From contig CM069149.1 of assembly GCA_035221665.1 (NCBI GenBank), positions 9,796,001-9,860,000 on the forward strand: a DNA stretch of 64,000 bases, read 5' to 3'. The translations under genes were made by a program, and so were the position numbers. Positions within the stretch are counted from its first letter, which is position 1, and every line of letters begins with the position of its first letter. The notes under the pieces are model-generated. The model made no database searches, was not told where the DNA came from, and was given only the letters and a program-made list of their open reading frames with translations. This document shows, piece after piece, positions 1 to 12,615 of the stretch. This DNA comes from Okamejei kenojei (taxonomy: Eukaryota).

Positions 1-732
1 GTACTGCTAATCACACTAAAACATTATGACAGACTGCAAACCAGAAAGAATAATTTTCTTTTTTTTTTAAACATTATAGTGCTGAATATAGATTAGAACA
101 TGCGCATTATCTATAGATGCTGAAACATGAATAAACGTTTTCAAAAGTTTTTTTTTTACTATAGGCTTGAAATAATTAGAATGAATTACATCAGCATATA
201 AAACACACATTTTTGGCCGGTGAATTTGCTAATCAACAATTATGACATGGTATGTCATTAAAAGCCCATTTAGACCTCGTGTAACAAAGCATAAAACAAT
301 TGTGACGGCAGGATTAGTTATTAAATTGGCCCAAATTGAAACCGTTTATGTGATTTCCCCCAGTTCCCTTAGTGAAGGCACCAAACGCTATAGGCAGGCT
401 GCGAAGAGCAAGTCACTGACAGCATTTACAGGGCTTTCATCGAATCGTACAGCACAGAAACAGACCCTCCAGGCCACCATGTCTAGAACAATCACTGAGC
501 ATCTATCTATACCAGACCCATTTATCAGCACTTAGTCCATTGCCCATACTTCCCCAGACAATACGTTCCAGATTGCAATCACACGCAGGGTGAAAAAATC
601 TCGAATCTCCGCCAAACCTCTCCCCTTAAATCCGTGCCATCTGGTTTTAGAGACTTTTGCCATTGGTAAAAAGATTCCCACTATCCACCCTATGTCTCAT
701 AATTTTAATGTATCAAAATTCCATCAGCGGAC

Positions 733-1240
733 AGGGCCTGTCCCACCAGCATGCGTTTGCATGCGTCTAGCGCGACCAAACGTGGTTGCTCGAGGCGTAC
801 ACCCTCGCGGGGCCGGTCCCAATTCAAACCACGGAGGTGTATGGTGTTGTGCGGGGCTGGTCCCGACATCATACTCACCAATCAGCTGGGCAGGAAGCGG
901 GCCGACTGAGTTTGGACGTCGCACAGCATCGGGCGGTGACATCATCACGCAACTGCACGCCGGGCAGTGACGTCATCGTGCAACGCCATGCGCTAGGCGT
1001 ACACCGTCAAGATGCTGCGTATGATGTCGAGGTGCTGCGTACGTCCTCAATGCGGCTGCGGGCCAACAGGACGTTGGTGCACGGAATTTTTTGGACAGTG
1101 TCAGTTTTTCGGAGCCCCGCGCGATGCCGGGACCCGCCCCGCACAACTGCATACGCCTCGAAGTGGGACCGGCCCCGCGAGGCCGTACAGCTCAAGTGAC
1201 CACATTAGGTTGCGCTAGCCGCATACATGGGACAGGCCCT
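733..1240. mobile_element. PIF/Harbinger-type MITE, CpG-rich subfamily, inserted in a CR1 fragment
   Basis: Termini AGGGCCTGTCCCA...TGGGACAGGCCCT; subterminal inverted repeats; no transposase. Confidence 0.8.
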
Positions 1241-1334
1241 TACCTCTACTTCAAGGGAAACACACTCAAATGATCTATTCTCTTCTCATAATTGAAACAT
1301 TCTATCCAAGAGAACATCTTGGTGAATCTCCTTA

Positions 1335-1637
1335 AGGGCCTGTCCCACTTTCCCGAGTTACTCATAAATTCTCACGAGTTTTCCCCTTGATTTCAAACTC
1401 GGAGAATGTCCGTAGGAGGTTGTAGGAGTCCGTAGATACTTCGTAGCGGCTTGTTATGCCAGCTGTAGGTACTAGGGCATCAGGCATGCCGGGACGTTTT
1501 TTCCAGCATGACAAAAAAGTCCACGAGTAAAAAGATAGTCGGGAGGAGGAGTTCGTAGATCACAAAAATCTTAATATTTTTTTTTTTTTTAAAGTTCTTT
1601 CAACTCGGCAGAGGACTTGGAAAGTGGGACAGGCCCT
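1335..1637. mobile_element. PIF/Harbinger-type MITE with TTA target-site duplication
   Basis: tta|AGGGCCTGTCCCACTTTCC...GGAAAGTGGGACAGGCCCT|tta. Confidence 0.88.
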
Positions 1638-1912
1638 TTACACTCTTTCCAGAATGCAGATTCCTACAGTGCGGTGACCAGAACCAACCACAACATTCCA
1701 GCGGTGAATCTCTGCAGGTGTAGAAATGCCAAAAATGCTGCCACTTTCAGCCATAATGCCAAATACAATATCCAAGTCAATAAGATTATTGCTACATGTA
1801 AAATTGTGCATTATTCTGGCACTAGCATACTGAAATATACATGTGGATTCTAACGTCTAATCAAAACTTAAATTAATCCCATTGAATCAATTAAGTGATG
1901 TTGGCAATACTG

Positions 1913-2061
1913 AAGATAGACACAAAATGCTGTAGTAACTCAGCGAGTTAGGCAGGTCAGGAGGAAACGAGATCCAGAGATGTTGCCTATCCTGCTGAGT
2001 TGCTCCAGCATTTTTTGTCTATCTTCGGTATAAACCAGCATCTGTAGTTCTTTCCTATACA
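1913..2061. mobile_element. Penelope-derived short fold-back element, 12-bp TSD
   Basis: Inverted arms agatagacacaaaatgctg.../...cagcattttttgtctatct. TSD ttggcaatactg at 1901-1912 / 2062-2073. Confidence 0.85.
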
Positions 2062-2295
2062 TTGGCAATACTGTCTCGTTGACCCCACAAAGCTGGAAGC
2101 AGTTCTGGAATGAAATTCCGACGGCTAGGGACTGAGTGTACATATTCTGAAATGTTTTGTAATTGGTGTTTTGTATCATCTCATGACTGCAAAATTTGAG
2201 CAGCCAGCTGTACCACCATTTTATATTCTACAGCAATTCTTCCCAATCAAACAAGCCGTTTTTTTTGTAACTCCACACCAATGTTATACTACTAG

Positions 2296-3004
2296 TAGCA
2301 ATGTTACAACATTTTGCGATTAAAAAAAATCAAGCCTGCAATTTATCCCATCAGATAAAACATAAAAATAAGTTTAATTTGACACCCAATTCACTTTCAT
2401 ATCTTCAGTATTAAAAAAGTTATGGCCATTTTCATACACAATATAACATGATTTTTATATTTCATTTTCATGAATTTATAGGCCAAATGGAAGGAATTTA
2501 GTGTGTAATTCCTGTAAATTAATGGCCATTTAAATCAACTAGCGAGTGGGTTTTAGTGGAACGCGGTGGATTGGAACGTTGCGGTTTGCGGTGAAGTCGG
2601 CATGAAAAACACTGCCGGTTCATACATTTTCTTTGTCCCCATTTCGCAACATGAAAATGTGATTAAAGGCTTCCTAAAACCAAGTTTTAATGTAAAAATA
2701 AACGGTGTACTTTATTTTCTCCACTACGTAAATTCCTTCCCGTTGTCGGCGCTCATGGCTTTAGAAGATGATTTTTAAATTATTCTAGCTAATAAATAAT
2801 CTAGCGTAATTTAAAAATATCTTCATGAATGAAATGTCGGAGCGATATTTCTTCAGCAACGAAATCTCCCGACATGGATCGATTTGCCCTGTCTGTGGAA
2901 AAACGGCACTTTAAACACGCCCCCCTCTGAAAGGCGCCAAAGTCACGCACACGGGGAGCGGCAGAACTGCAGCGCTGCTCAAGGTAAGTTTTGTAACATA
3001 CCTA
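2296..3004. mobile_element. Non-autonomous DNA transposon, superfamily uncertain
   Basis: Imperfect TIR TAGCAATGTTACAA...TTGTAACATACCTA, flanked by direct repeat ctactag (2289-2295 / 3005-3011). Confidence 0.7.
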
Positions 3005-3439
3005 CTACTAGGCGCACACTGCATGAATGAAGAATCATTGTTAAACATCAACAAAAGCAGAAAATTAAACATCCCAAATTCTTTATTAGTGCATGTTGAG
3101 GAAGTGGGAAATTATGGACTTTGGTAACCATATTTGGAGGACGATTAGCAGATTATGATCGATTTGCTGGGGGGAAAAAAAAAAAAAAATCAGCACAACA
3201 ATTTGTCAATATACTGACACATTATTTAAATTCGAGAGGCAGTTGGTGATGATAGTTATTTGGCATCACCCAATTTCAATGTATTCCTAAGGAATTATGC
3301 TACATTAATAAATAAGCATCTTGTTCATTATACAAATTATCTTATGGCTATCGAGCAGCATTGTTTTTTAAAAAGGGGAAATAAACGAACCACCTTTTTT
3401 TTTGTCTGTCGTAATTGTGGCAGAACCTCCAGTGTTTAC

Positions 3440-3712
3440 TATCAACCATCAGGTAGAAGGTACTGGAGCCTGAAATCTGCAACATCCAGGTTCAGGAACA
3501 GCTTCTTCCCCACGGCCATCAGACTATTAAACACAACTTCAAACAAACTCTGAACTATAACAGCCTATAGCAGTGTGAATGCGAGTGTGTATATTCTATG
3601 GTATATGAACACACTGATCTGATTTGTATTTATGCCTAAAATAGTCTTGTGCTGCAGCAAGCAAGAATTGCATTGTCCTATCTGGGTCACATGACAATTA
3701 ACTCTCTTGACT
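3440..3712 (+). mobile_element. Rex1/Babar 3' end
   Basis: PSGRRYWSLKSATSRFRNSFFPTAIRLLN plus tail. Confidence 0.8.
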
Positions 3713-3809
3713 TAATACTCAGTGTCAGCAACTTTGGTAACTTCACATTTGCTTTATTACAGAAATGACAAATATGTTCTCAGTGACTCAGCACAACTGA
3801 TTCAAAAAC

Positions 3810-4050
3810 TATAGGTGAAGGGAGAGATTTGAGAGGGATTCACTTCAAAGGTAGTCTGTATCTGGAATGAGCTGCCATAGTATGTTCTTCTCAGTGGATA
3901 ATATTATGTATTTTAAAAAACATTTGGAAAGTTATGGATACAAAGGTTTTTGAGGACCATGGGCCAAATGCTGGCAAATGGGACGAGCATGGTCAGCATG
4001 GACCAGGTGGGCCAAAGGGCCCTTTTCCGTGTTGTCCAGCTCTATGACTA
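3810..4050 (+). mobile_element. CR1 (HER1-like) 3' end
   Basis: tggaatgagctgcca...gggccaaatgctggcaaatggga...gggccaaagggcc...ctctatgact. Confidence 0.75.
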
Positions 4051-4918
4051 ACTGTCCAGGCTGTGCTGTTGTACCATTCATCACTACAATCAAATAAACC
4101 TGTCAATTCAATTTAAGATGCTTACAAACTGCTTGCTTCAGTAGCCTGGAAAGCTTTTGTTTGGTTTCATGAGACCCAAATGAGATTTTACAATGAGTGA
4201 ATCTATAATTACTGCCTCGCAAACTCTCTGGACCCAACCAAAAAACTAACATCGCCTACATTTCTTAAAGCGCCTCATAAAATATGAAATTATAGAGAGT
4301 TTATTTTTAATTATTCAATTTCCGGCCCAATATTTTCATATTTTAAAAGATGGTACCTTTTATTTTTGGCTTGAAGGTGAATTGTTAAACAATTGATCTT
4401 TCCCCCTGCTTGAAGACATAGAGCTGTTGCATACCCAGCATCTCTGATGAACTGATGTCCAATATCAGCAAGTGTTGGAAAAAAGAAACTGAAATCTTGC
4501 AAGAGAATAAAGTCTTTGTGAAAAGCTGTCTATGAAAGCAGCAACAAACATCATGGCTGTTACACATACTCTGGGCAAGTAACTTAGTGCAAAAGTTTAT
4601 ATTTGCAAAATGAGCACAGCATAATGGATATTGTTTAAATACTGGGGTGCGGATTTATGCAGAGTAGTAAATGGATTTTCTGCATAAATGGTGTGTGATA
4701 ACAAGAGATCCAAGCAGTTGAATAGAGGAATGGGAACAGGCAACAGTGGTTGGATGAAAGACAGTATATACTGTAATTGTGCTCAATTAGTATCTATTCG
4801 TATCCATAGGCCACTGTTAGCACTGTCTGAAGAAGGGTCTCGACCCAAAACGTCACCCATTCCCTCTCTCCAGAGATGCTGCCTGTCCCGCTGAGGTACT
4901 ACAGATGTTTGTGTCTGA

Positions 4919-5031
4919 TGGGCCAGTCCCACTTGGCGATTTTTTTTTGGCGACTGCCGGCATTATTGACTGACGTATCAGGTCGCTGAAATAGTCGCAG
5001 CATATCATATCGACGCGCTGTGTTTTATTCC

Positions 5032-5081
<50 letters not shown>

Positions 5082-5196
5082 AGTGTCACAACATTTTTTT
5101 TGTCGCCGCTGGATATTGAAATGTTCAAAATCTTTTGGTGACCCTGATATGACGGCGGCAGTCGCCCAAAAAAAAAAAACCAAGTGGGACAACCCT
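4919..5196. mobile_element. Harbinger-type MITE (contains C48 tract) inside a Penelope-derived repeat
   Basis: tga|TGGGCCAGTCCCACTTGG...CAAGTGGGACAACCCT|taa. The empty paralogous site gtgtc-taa-cttc is at ~7800-7811. Confidence 0.85.
5033..5080. repeat. Poly-C tract (48 nt)
   Basis: Directly visible, inside the MITE at 4919-5196. Confidence 0.95.
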
Positions 5197-8100
5197 TAAC
5201 TTCGGTTTAAACCAGCATCTACAGCAGTCCCTTCTTTATACACTGTTAGCATCACTTGGTTTAGTAATAAATACTTACAAGTGAAAACCCAAATGTTTAC
5301 CAGGTGTTTGTCTTCATTATTCCAACTCAAGATTCTAATTCAAAAAGTTCAACTATATGCACTTCCAATAGATTGAATATTCTTTTTGCCCACAAGTCTA
5401 CATTGCATGCAAACTAAGAACAGATTTATATACACACCCAGGAGTATTTGTTCATTCAAAACATTGCCCCAAGCAAAGCCAATTAGATGCACACTAATAG
5501 TTGCATTATTCTTAACCGGGGAAAGATCGACAAACATTTCCACTATCAAGTCAACCAAACAACCAAGCACTTTTTCCCGCAATTAACTTCAATACGTAAA
5601 AAACTCTATCAGAAGGCCACACTTTTGGGGACTTAGTGAAAGGTATTGTGCTCTGCGCTTTGGCATAAGGTTGTACATGATGTCGCAGTTTCAAAGATTT
5701 CACAAGCAGAACCATAACATTTATTTGTATTTAACAATTGCTTTTTGCTAAAGTCCAGCAATACCACTTTGTTTTGCCAGAGCCACCGCTGAATTAGTTC
5801 TTGTTGGCTTACAATCATAACCTGTGCCTTGGTTTAGTAAGCACCACGACCGCAAGTTGAGTTATCTAGGTGGCCCCAATGATGCCGACTGGCTCACAGA
5901 AGCCTTGCACACTTTTGACAAGGCTTGGAAGGATTCTGTGAGAAGAAACTGGTTGTTGACTTACATCAGATGCATATTCCTGTCACGGGGCCTCCTCTAT
6001 TGTATTAACACAAGACACCTGTGAGCATTCAAAGCAATGCCCCAGAGGCAGTCAAAGATGCCCAATAACACCTGCGTGATTCTTAAACTTAGAAAGGGAG
6101 AAACACTTCAATTATTGTCAGCCAAAAGATCAAACAATTTGAACCTTCAACCAAGTAAATTCAATATTTTTTAAAAGTTGATTGAACAGAAATAAATTGT
6201 AATGTGTTACACGGGCATTATTTCCTTAACCACACACAGGGTGTCGACATGGACATGGTGGACTGTAAGGTTCATTGAAAGTGGAAGGGTGGGAGATGCC
6301 GCAGAGCATCCTGAGAAGCTTGATTGTTGGTATCATTATCATAGTGCGACTGCGAGAAGGGGAAATGTTGCTCAGAACTCAAAGCCATCACAGATTAAAA
6401 AAAAATAATTGGAGAGTTGGTTTGATGGGTAAGTAATTTTAATATGTTGGATACAGAATTTGGTGCGTGCCAAAAAACTGGGTGACAATAGATCAGTATT
6501 AACAGGTAGTATGACGAGAACACTCTGCCCTCGCTGGAAAAGCTCACGATCTTCCTGAAGATCATCAGTGAACCAATCTTCAATAAAGCATCACTCTCTC
6601 CAATATGTTGTGTATTAACAAACTATAGCAGAATGGTTAGGTTCACCACATTGCAAGCTACATTAATAATTTGCAGTTCCGTTCAAATCCACCCACCTAT
6701 GAGAACATCAAATAGTATCATGTTAGTTACTAATCAAAATACATAATTTTTTTATTCTGTATTTATTTTTAATGCACTTCTTGCCATGGTTGACTAAATT
6801 CCTGACTGCGAGATTTTAATGGGATTTAACTCCTTTTAGTTTGGCAGTTAACAAAAATAAGACGGGTTAACAATGCTATTGAAATTGCACAGACAGGAAA
6901 TTAAACCATTAAAGTCTTAATCATTTCCACTCCAATATGCATTACTTAATGGATGGAGGCTTGCAACAATTATATTAATGTCGAAAGATTGTTGTTCTTC
7001 TCATATAAGCGAAAATCCAAGTGTTTTATTTTTGTGCTTATTTTATCCATTTCACATTTTGGTAAATAATTATAAAAGCTTGAAAGGAATTGACAAGAAT
7101 CATTTGTGAAAAGTTGACTTCCATGAGATGGGTTCAAATTGAACAAGCAACCAATCAAAGATTTGCAATTCAGCGGGACTGGCAACATCGGTTTAAACCG
7201 AAGATAAAAAAGTTACATTTTGCAATTCCTACCATCAGTTGAAGGCAGATGTCCTTTCATGCAATAACACATGCAGATTACCAATATCAGCTTAAAATGG
7301 TGCCTCAAAACATAAATTTCTCTTTTCACAATTGAAAGGCTTACGTTATTTTTAATAAAACAATTCCCTTTTACTTTCAGCTTTTCACCCCAAAAATTAT
7401 TTCTTTATGAAGTGAATCAAACTAGTAAAATGTATTCAGTGTAAAATTCAGTTCCCCCTTTATCCAAGTAACTTGCCTCTCACTCACGACCTCCCACTTA
7501 TTCTTTCCCTTTTTTGTTACAGAAAACTCAATCAAGACGTCACCTTTTACTTTATCTTCTGCCCTAGGTCAAGTATTGGTCACAACCTCGGGGTTTTTCA
7601 GTGGTTACAATCTGCAGCAATAATCAGCTAGCATTCCTGCCCATTTCCTCCCCGAGTACTGTAATTGTGCTCAATTAGTATCTATTCGTATCCATAGACC
7701 ACTGTTAGCACTGTCTGAAGAAGGGTCTCGACCCAAAAACGTCACCCATTCCCTCTCTCCAGAGATGCTGCCTGTCCCACTGAGGTACTCCAGCTTTTTG
7801 TGTCTAACTTCAGTTAAAGCCAGCACCTACAGTCCCTTTCTTTATACATTGTTAGCATCACTTGGTTTAGTGATAAATACTTACTAGTGAAAACCCAAAT
7901 GTTTACCAGGTGTTTGTCTTCATTATTTCAAGTCGAGATTCTAATTCAAAAAGTTCAACTATATGCACTTCCAATAGATTGAATGTTGTTTTTGCCTACA
8001 AGTCTACATTGCATGCAAACTAAGAACAGATTTATATACACACCCAGGAGTATTTGTTCATTCAAAACATTGCCCCAAGCAGAGCCAATTAGATGCACAC

Positions 8101-8239
8101 TAATAGTTGCATTATTCTTAACCGGGGAAAGAGCGACAAACATTTCCACTATCAAGTCAACCAAACAACCAAGCACTTTTTCCCGCAATTAACTTCAACA
8201 CGTAAAAAACTCAATCAGAAGGCAACACTTTTGGGGACA

Positions 8240-8890
8240 AGAGCCTGTCCCACTTACGCGACTTTTCAGCGACTGTCTTCGACCTTCAAGCTCGAGGGCA
8301 CTCGCCTGAAAAACCTCGAGCTGGATCGACCGTCAGCACACACACACACATCGGAAATGTGGGGGCCAGGGAAAGCGGGGGAGCACTGTCTGAAATTCAC
8401 ACCCATGATGAACAGGAAGGTAAAAGATGGCGGGCACAGTGTGCGGTAAGCCTCTTAGAGAGTGTGGGGGGGGGGGGGGGGGGTGGAGGAAAGGAGTGGA
8501 GACAACTTTTAATAAAGTTTAGCATTTAACATTCCCGGCTGGTTTTCCTTGGTTCTGAAAACTCCAATGAGCCAATTAAAATGTCCGGTCAGCAAAGGAG
8601 ATTGCCTACGGCTCCCTCGACTGCCTGCAACCACATGGCGACTTCACTACCACAGCACTATGAAGTTCAAAAGAACCATGCCGACCAATTTTTATTTGCA
8701 GAAAAGTTTTCAGCATGCTGAAAATGTTTCTTCTACCAAACTGAGACCGCGTGTATGTGGGAACTTCTCTCGAGCACGAAGGAGAGTTACAATGACCTCC
8801 AAGGACCACGTGTCCACCATGCTGCGAGTTTGTGGCAAGTGCAAACTCTTCTAAACTCGCAAATTAGGTCGCCATAGTGGGACAGGCCCT
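8240..8890. mobile_element. Harbinger-type MITE (~650-bp subfamily)
   Basis: AGAGCCTGTCCCACT...AGTGGGACAGGCCCT|taa. The empty paralogous site ggggac-tta-gtgaa is at ~5627-5640. Confidence 0.85.
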
Positions 8891-10734
8891 TAAGTGAAAT
8901 GTATTGTGCTGTGCTCAGATTAAATCTGCACTTTGGCATAAGTTTGTACATGTCGCAGTTTCAAAGATTTCACAAGCAGAACCATAATATTTATTTGTAT
9001 TTAATAATCACATTTTGCTAAAGTCTAGCAATACCACTTTGTTTTCCCAGTTCTTGTTGGCTTACAATCATAACCTGTGCCTTGGTTTAGTAAGCACCAC
9101 GACCGCAGGTTGAGTTATCTAGGTGGCCCCAATGATGCCGACTGGCTCACAGAAGCCTTGCACACTTTTGACAAGGCTTGGAAGGATTCTGCGAGAAGAA
9201 ACTGGTTGTTGACTTACATCAGACGCATATTCCTGTCACGGGGCCTCCTCTGTTGTATTAACACAAGACACCTGTGAGCATTCAAAGCAATGCCCCAGAG
9301 GCAGTCCAAGATGCCCAATAACACCTGCGTTATACTTAAACTTAGAAAGGGAGAAACACTTCCATTGTCAGCCAAAAGATCAAACAATTTGAACCTTCCC
9401 TCACAAGTAAATGCAATATGTTAAAAAGTTGATTCAACAGAAATAAATTTGTATTAAGTGTTACACGGGCATTATAGCGTTAACCACACACAGGGTGAAA
9501 GATATGAACCTTGTGGACAATAAGGTTCATTGAAAGTGGAAGGGTGGGAGATGCCACAGACCATCCTGAGAAGCTTGATTGTTGGTATCATTCTGATCGT
9601 GTGCGAAGGAGAAATGTTGCTCAGAACTCAAAAGCCATCACAGATAAAAAATAATTGGAGAGTTGGTTTGATGGGTAAGTAATTTTAATATGTTGGATAC
9701 AGAATTTGGTGCGTGCCAAAAAACTGGGTGACAATAGATCAGTATTAACAGGTAGTATGACGAGAACACTCTGCCCTCACTGGAAAAGCTCACGATCTTC
9801 CCGAAGATCATCAGTGAACCAATCTTCAATAAAGCATCACTCTCTCCAATATGTTGTGTATTAACAAACAAGCAGAATGGTTAGGTTCGCCACATTGCAA
9901 GCTACATTAATAATTTGCAGTTCCGTTCAAATCCACCCACCTATGAGAACATCAAATAGTATCGTGCTAGTTACTAATCAAAATACTTAATTTTTTTTAT
10001 TCTGTATTTATTTTTAATGCACTTCTTGCCATGGTTGACTAAATTCCTGACTGCGAGATTTTAATGGGATTTAACTCCTTTTTAGTTTGGCAGTTAACAA
10101 GAATAAGACGGGTTAACAATGCTATTGAAATTGCACAGACAGGAAATTAAACCGTTAAAGTCTTAATCATTTCCACTCCAAAATGCATTACTTAATGGAT
10201 GGAGGCTTGCAACATTTATATTAATGTCGAAAGATTGTTGTCCTTCTCATATAAGCGAAAATCCAAGTGTTTTATTTTTGTGCTTATTTTATCCATTTCA
10301 CATTTCAGTAAACAATTATAAAAAGCTTGAAAGGAATTGACAAGAATCATTTGTGAAAAGTTGACTTCCATGAGATGGGTTCAAATTGAACAAGCAACCA
10401 ATCAAAGATTTGCAACTCAGCGGGACTGGCAGCATCGGTTTAAACCAAAGATAAAACCAATCAAATTTTGCAATTCCTACCATCAGTTTAAGGCAGATGT
10501 CCTTTTGTGTAATAACACATGCAGATTACCAATATCAGCTTAAAATGGTGCCTCAAAAGATAAATGTCTCTTTTCATAATTGAAGGGCTTACGTTATTTT
10601 TAATAAAACAAATTCCCTTTTATATTAAGATTTGCCCCCAAAATACTTCTTTATGAAGTCAATCAAACCAGTAAATGTATTCAATGTAAAATACAGTTTC
10701 CCCTTTAGCCAATAACTTGCCTCTCACTCGCGTC

Positions 10735-11660
10735 GTCAGGCTGTTGTTTGTAGACTACAGCTTGGTGCTTAATACCATCATCCCTTCCAAGCTGGTTACC
10801 AAGCTCATGGAACTGGGCCTCTGCAATTGGATCCACGACTTCCTCATCCACAGACCACAGTCTGGTTGAATTGGCAGAACCACTTCATCCTCAGTAACAA
10901 TTAGTACGGGAGCACCTCAAGGCTGCGTGCTCAGCCCCCTGCTTTACTCACTCTATACCAATGATTGCATAGCCGGTCATAGTGCGAAATCCATCATCAA
11001 GTTCGCCGATGACACCACTGTGGTTGGACGAATCACAGATGGGGACGAGTCAGAGTATAGAAGTGAGTTCGACTGACTGACCAAATGGTGCCAGCGCAAC
11101 AACCTGGCTCTCAACATCAGTAAGACCAAGGAACTGATTGTGGACTTTAGTAGGGAATGGATGAGGACCCACAATCCTGTTTATATCAACGGGACCATGG
11201 TGGAGACTGTCAATAACTTCAAATTCCTGGGCGTGCATATATCAGAAGATCTTTCCTGGACCCAGCACACCGATGCAATTGTAAAGAAGGCAGATCAGCG
11301 ACTCTACTTCCGGAGAAGATTACGGAGATTCAGCATGTTGAAGAGGATTCTCCTAAACTTCTACTGGACCACTGCCCAGTCCATTACTGGCTTTGACCTC
11401 CCCACCGTCGAAGGGATCTATCGTAGTCGCTGCCTCAAAAAGGCAGCCAAAATCATCAAGGACCCACACCATCCTGGCCACACACTTATCTCACCACTGC
11501 CAAAGGGAAGAAGGTACAGGAGCCTGAAGACTGTAACGTCCAGGTTCAGGAACAGCTTCTTCCCCACAGCCAGCAGGCTATTAAACACGATGAATAAGCT
11601 ATGAGCTCTGAACTGCAAAAGTACATTGTTATTTGCACCATGTTTGTTATTTATTGAATT
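10735..11660 (+). mobile_element. Rex1/Babar LINE, 5'-truncated RT fragment
   Basis: Translates GAPQGCVLSPLLYSLYTNDC...IIKFADDTTVVG...RFRNSFFPTASRLLN with stops and deletions. Absent from duplication copy 1. Confidence 0.9.
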
Positions 11661-12349
11661 TTTTTTTTTCCCCCCCATTATAAAACTCAATGAAGACGTC
11701 ACCTTTTACTTTATCTTCTGCCCTAGGTCAAGTCTCGGTCACAACTCGGGGTTTTTCAGTGGTTACAATCTGCAGCAATAATCAGCTAGCATTCCTGCCC
11801 ATTTCCTCCCCACACAAATGTTGCTGTCCATCAAGGTCTGTCCAACACCAGTGAACAGACTGCTTTTTCTTTGAGATCCAAGTTCAGAAATGGACATCAC
11901 TATCCTTGACAAAGGTACCTCGCGAATCCTATAGAATATTTTTGCCAATCAATGGTACAATTATCTCAAAAGAAAACTACTTTACATAATGAGTATAATT
12001 GATATTATAATTCCCTGTGCTTTAAAACAGGATTGGTGTGATTTTGTCAGAGTCAAGACTTGTCTATTTAGCAGGATTCGTGCATTTGCTTTATATGATT
12101 TATTGTAAATATAAAACATAATCTCCTTTAAAACGGTGGGAATATATTGAGTTCCTTCTTTTTGCACAAATCCCATCACTGAAAATCTTGTAGTCTTCGA
12201 AGCCAGAGAGACCTGTAGCATTGTTATATTACAAAGCAAGCACTAAAATGTTCTGGAACTTTTTCACCACATAAAGAGTTATGGAAAATATTACCTGATT
12301 AAAATGGCTAATTTTGTAATTATAATCATACCATATATTTAAGGATTAA

Positions 12350-12615
12350 TTAGTGCTCCTCTCAATAATCAAGGCTGACATTTCATTCAGCAATGAGGAA
12401 TGTTACATGGCCAGAGGTGATATCTTTCATCTAAGATGTGAAACCGATGCCGCTACTTGTAGAATGCAAAAAAAGTTTGACAGATAAAAGAAAAGTTCCT
12501 CTCGTAGTGACATATAGAATATTCAGTTACGCCAGAAGCTCTCAATATGTTAATAGGGTTATATTAATAATCCTGTTAGGCTGGGAGCTTCCTATGATCA
12601 AAATGGCTGCCACGT
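12350..12615 (+). mobile_element. Very old Deu-SINE relic
   Basis: aatcaaggctgaca...gaggtgatatctttcatctaagatgtgaaaccga...aaatggctgcc. Confidence 0.5.

Larger units (their letters stand above)
475..1720 (-). mobile_element. CR1 (HER1-like) 3' fragment split by two MITEs
   Basis: CR1-type text (gggtgaaaaaat...ctccccttaaa...ccatctggttttaga; ggtgaatctcc...tgaccagaac) resumes across both MITEs. Confidence 0.65.
4823..5240 (+). mobile_element. Penelope-derived short element with hammerhead-like motif (split by MITE), 11-bp TSD
   Basis: CTGAAGAAGGGTCTCGACCCAAAACGTC at 4827. TSD cactgttagca at 4812-4822 / 5241-5251. Paralog at ~7711-7846. Confidence 0.85.
4769..7653 (+). repeat. Tandem segmental duplication, copy 1
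   Basis: Runs from tactgtaattgtgctcaattag to gcattcctgcccatttcctcccc. Colinear with 7657-11811; paralogous chance ORFs appear in the ORF track. Confidence 0.95.
7657..11811 (+). repeat. Tandem segmental duplication, copy 2 (extra MITE and Rex1 insertions)
   Basis: Same start and end sequences as copy 1, separated from it by 3 nt (gag). Confidence 0.95.

Noticed and set aside
590-1273. Cluster of overlapping 60-137 aa ORFs
   Set aside because: All lie in a GC-rich palindromic MITE or CR1 relic, with no transposase or other motif.
1335-1637. piggyBac/Kolobok (TTAA) classification of the GGGCCTGTCCCAC MITEs
   Set aside because: The TTA|...|TTA flanks and two empty paralogous sites indicate a 3-bp TWA duplication, favouring PIF/Harbinger.
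4853-5128. ORF with poly-glycine
   Set aside because: Artefact of the C48 tract in a MITE.
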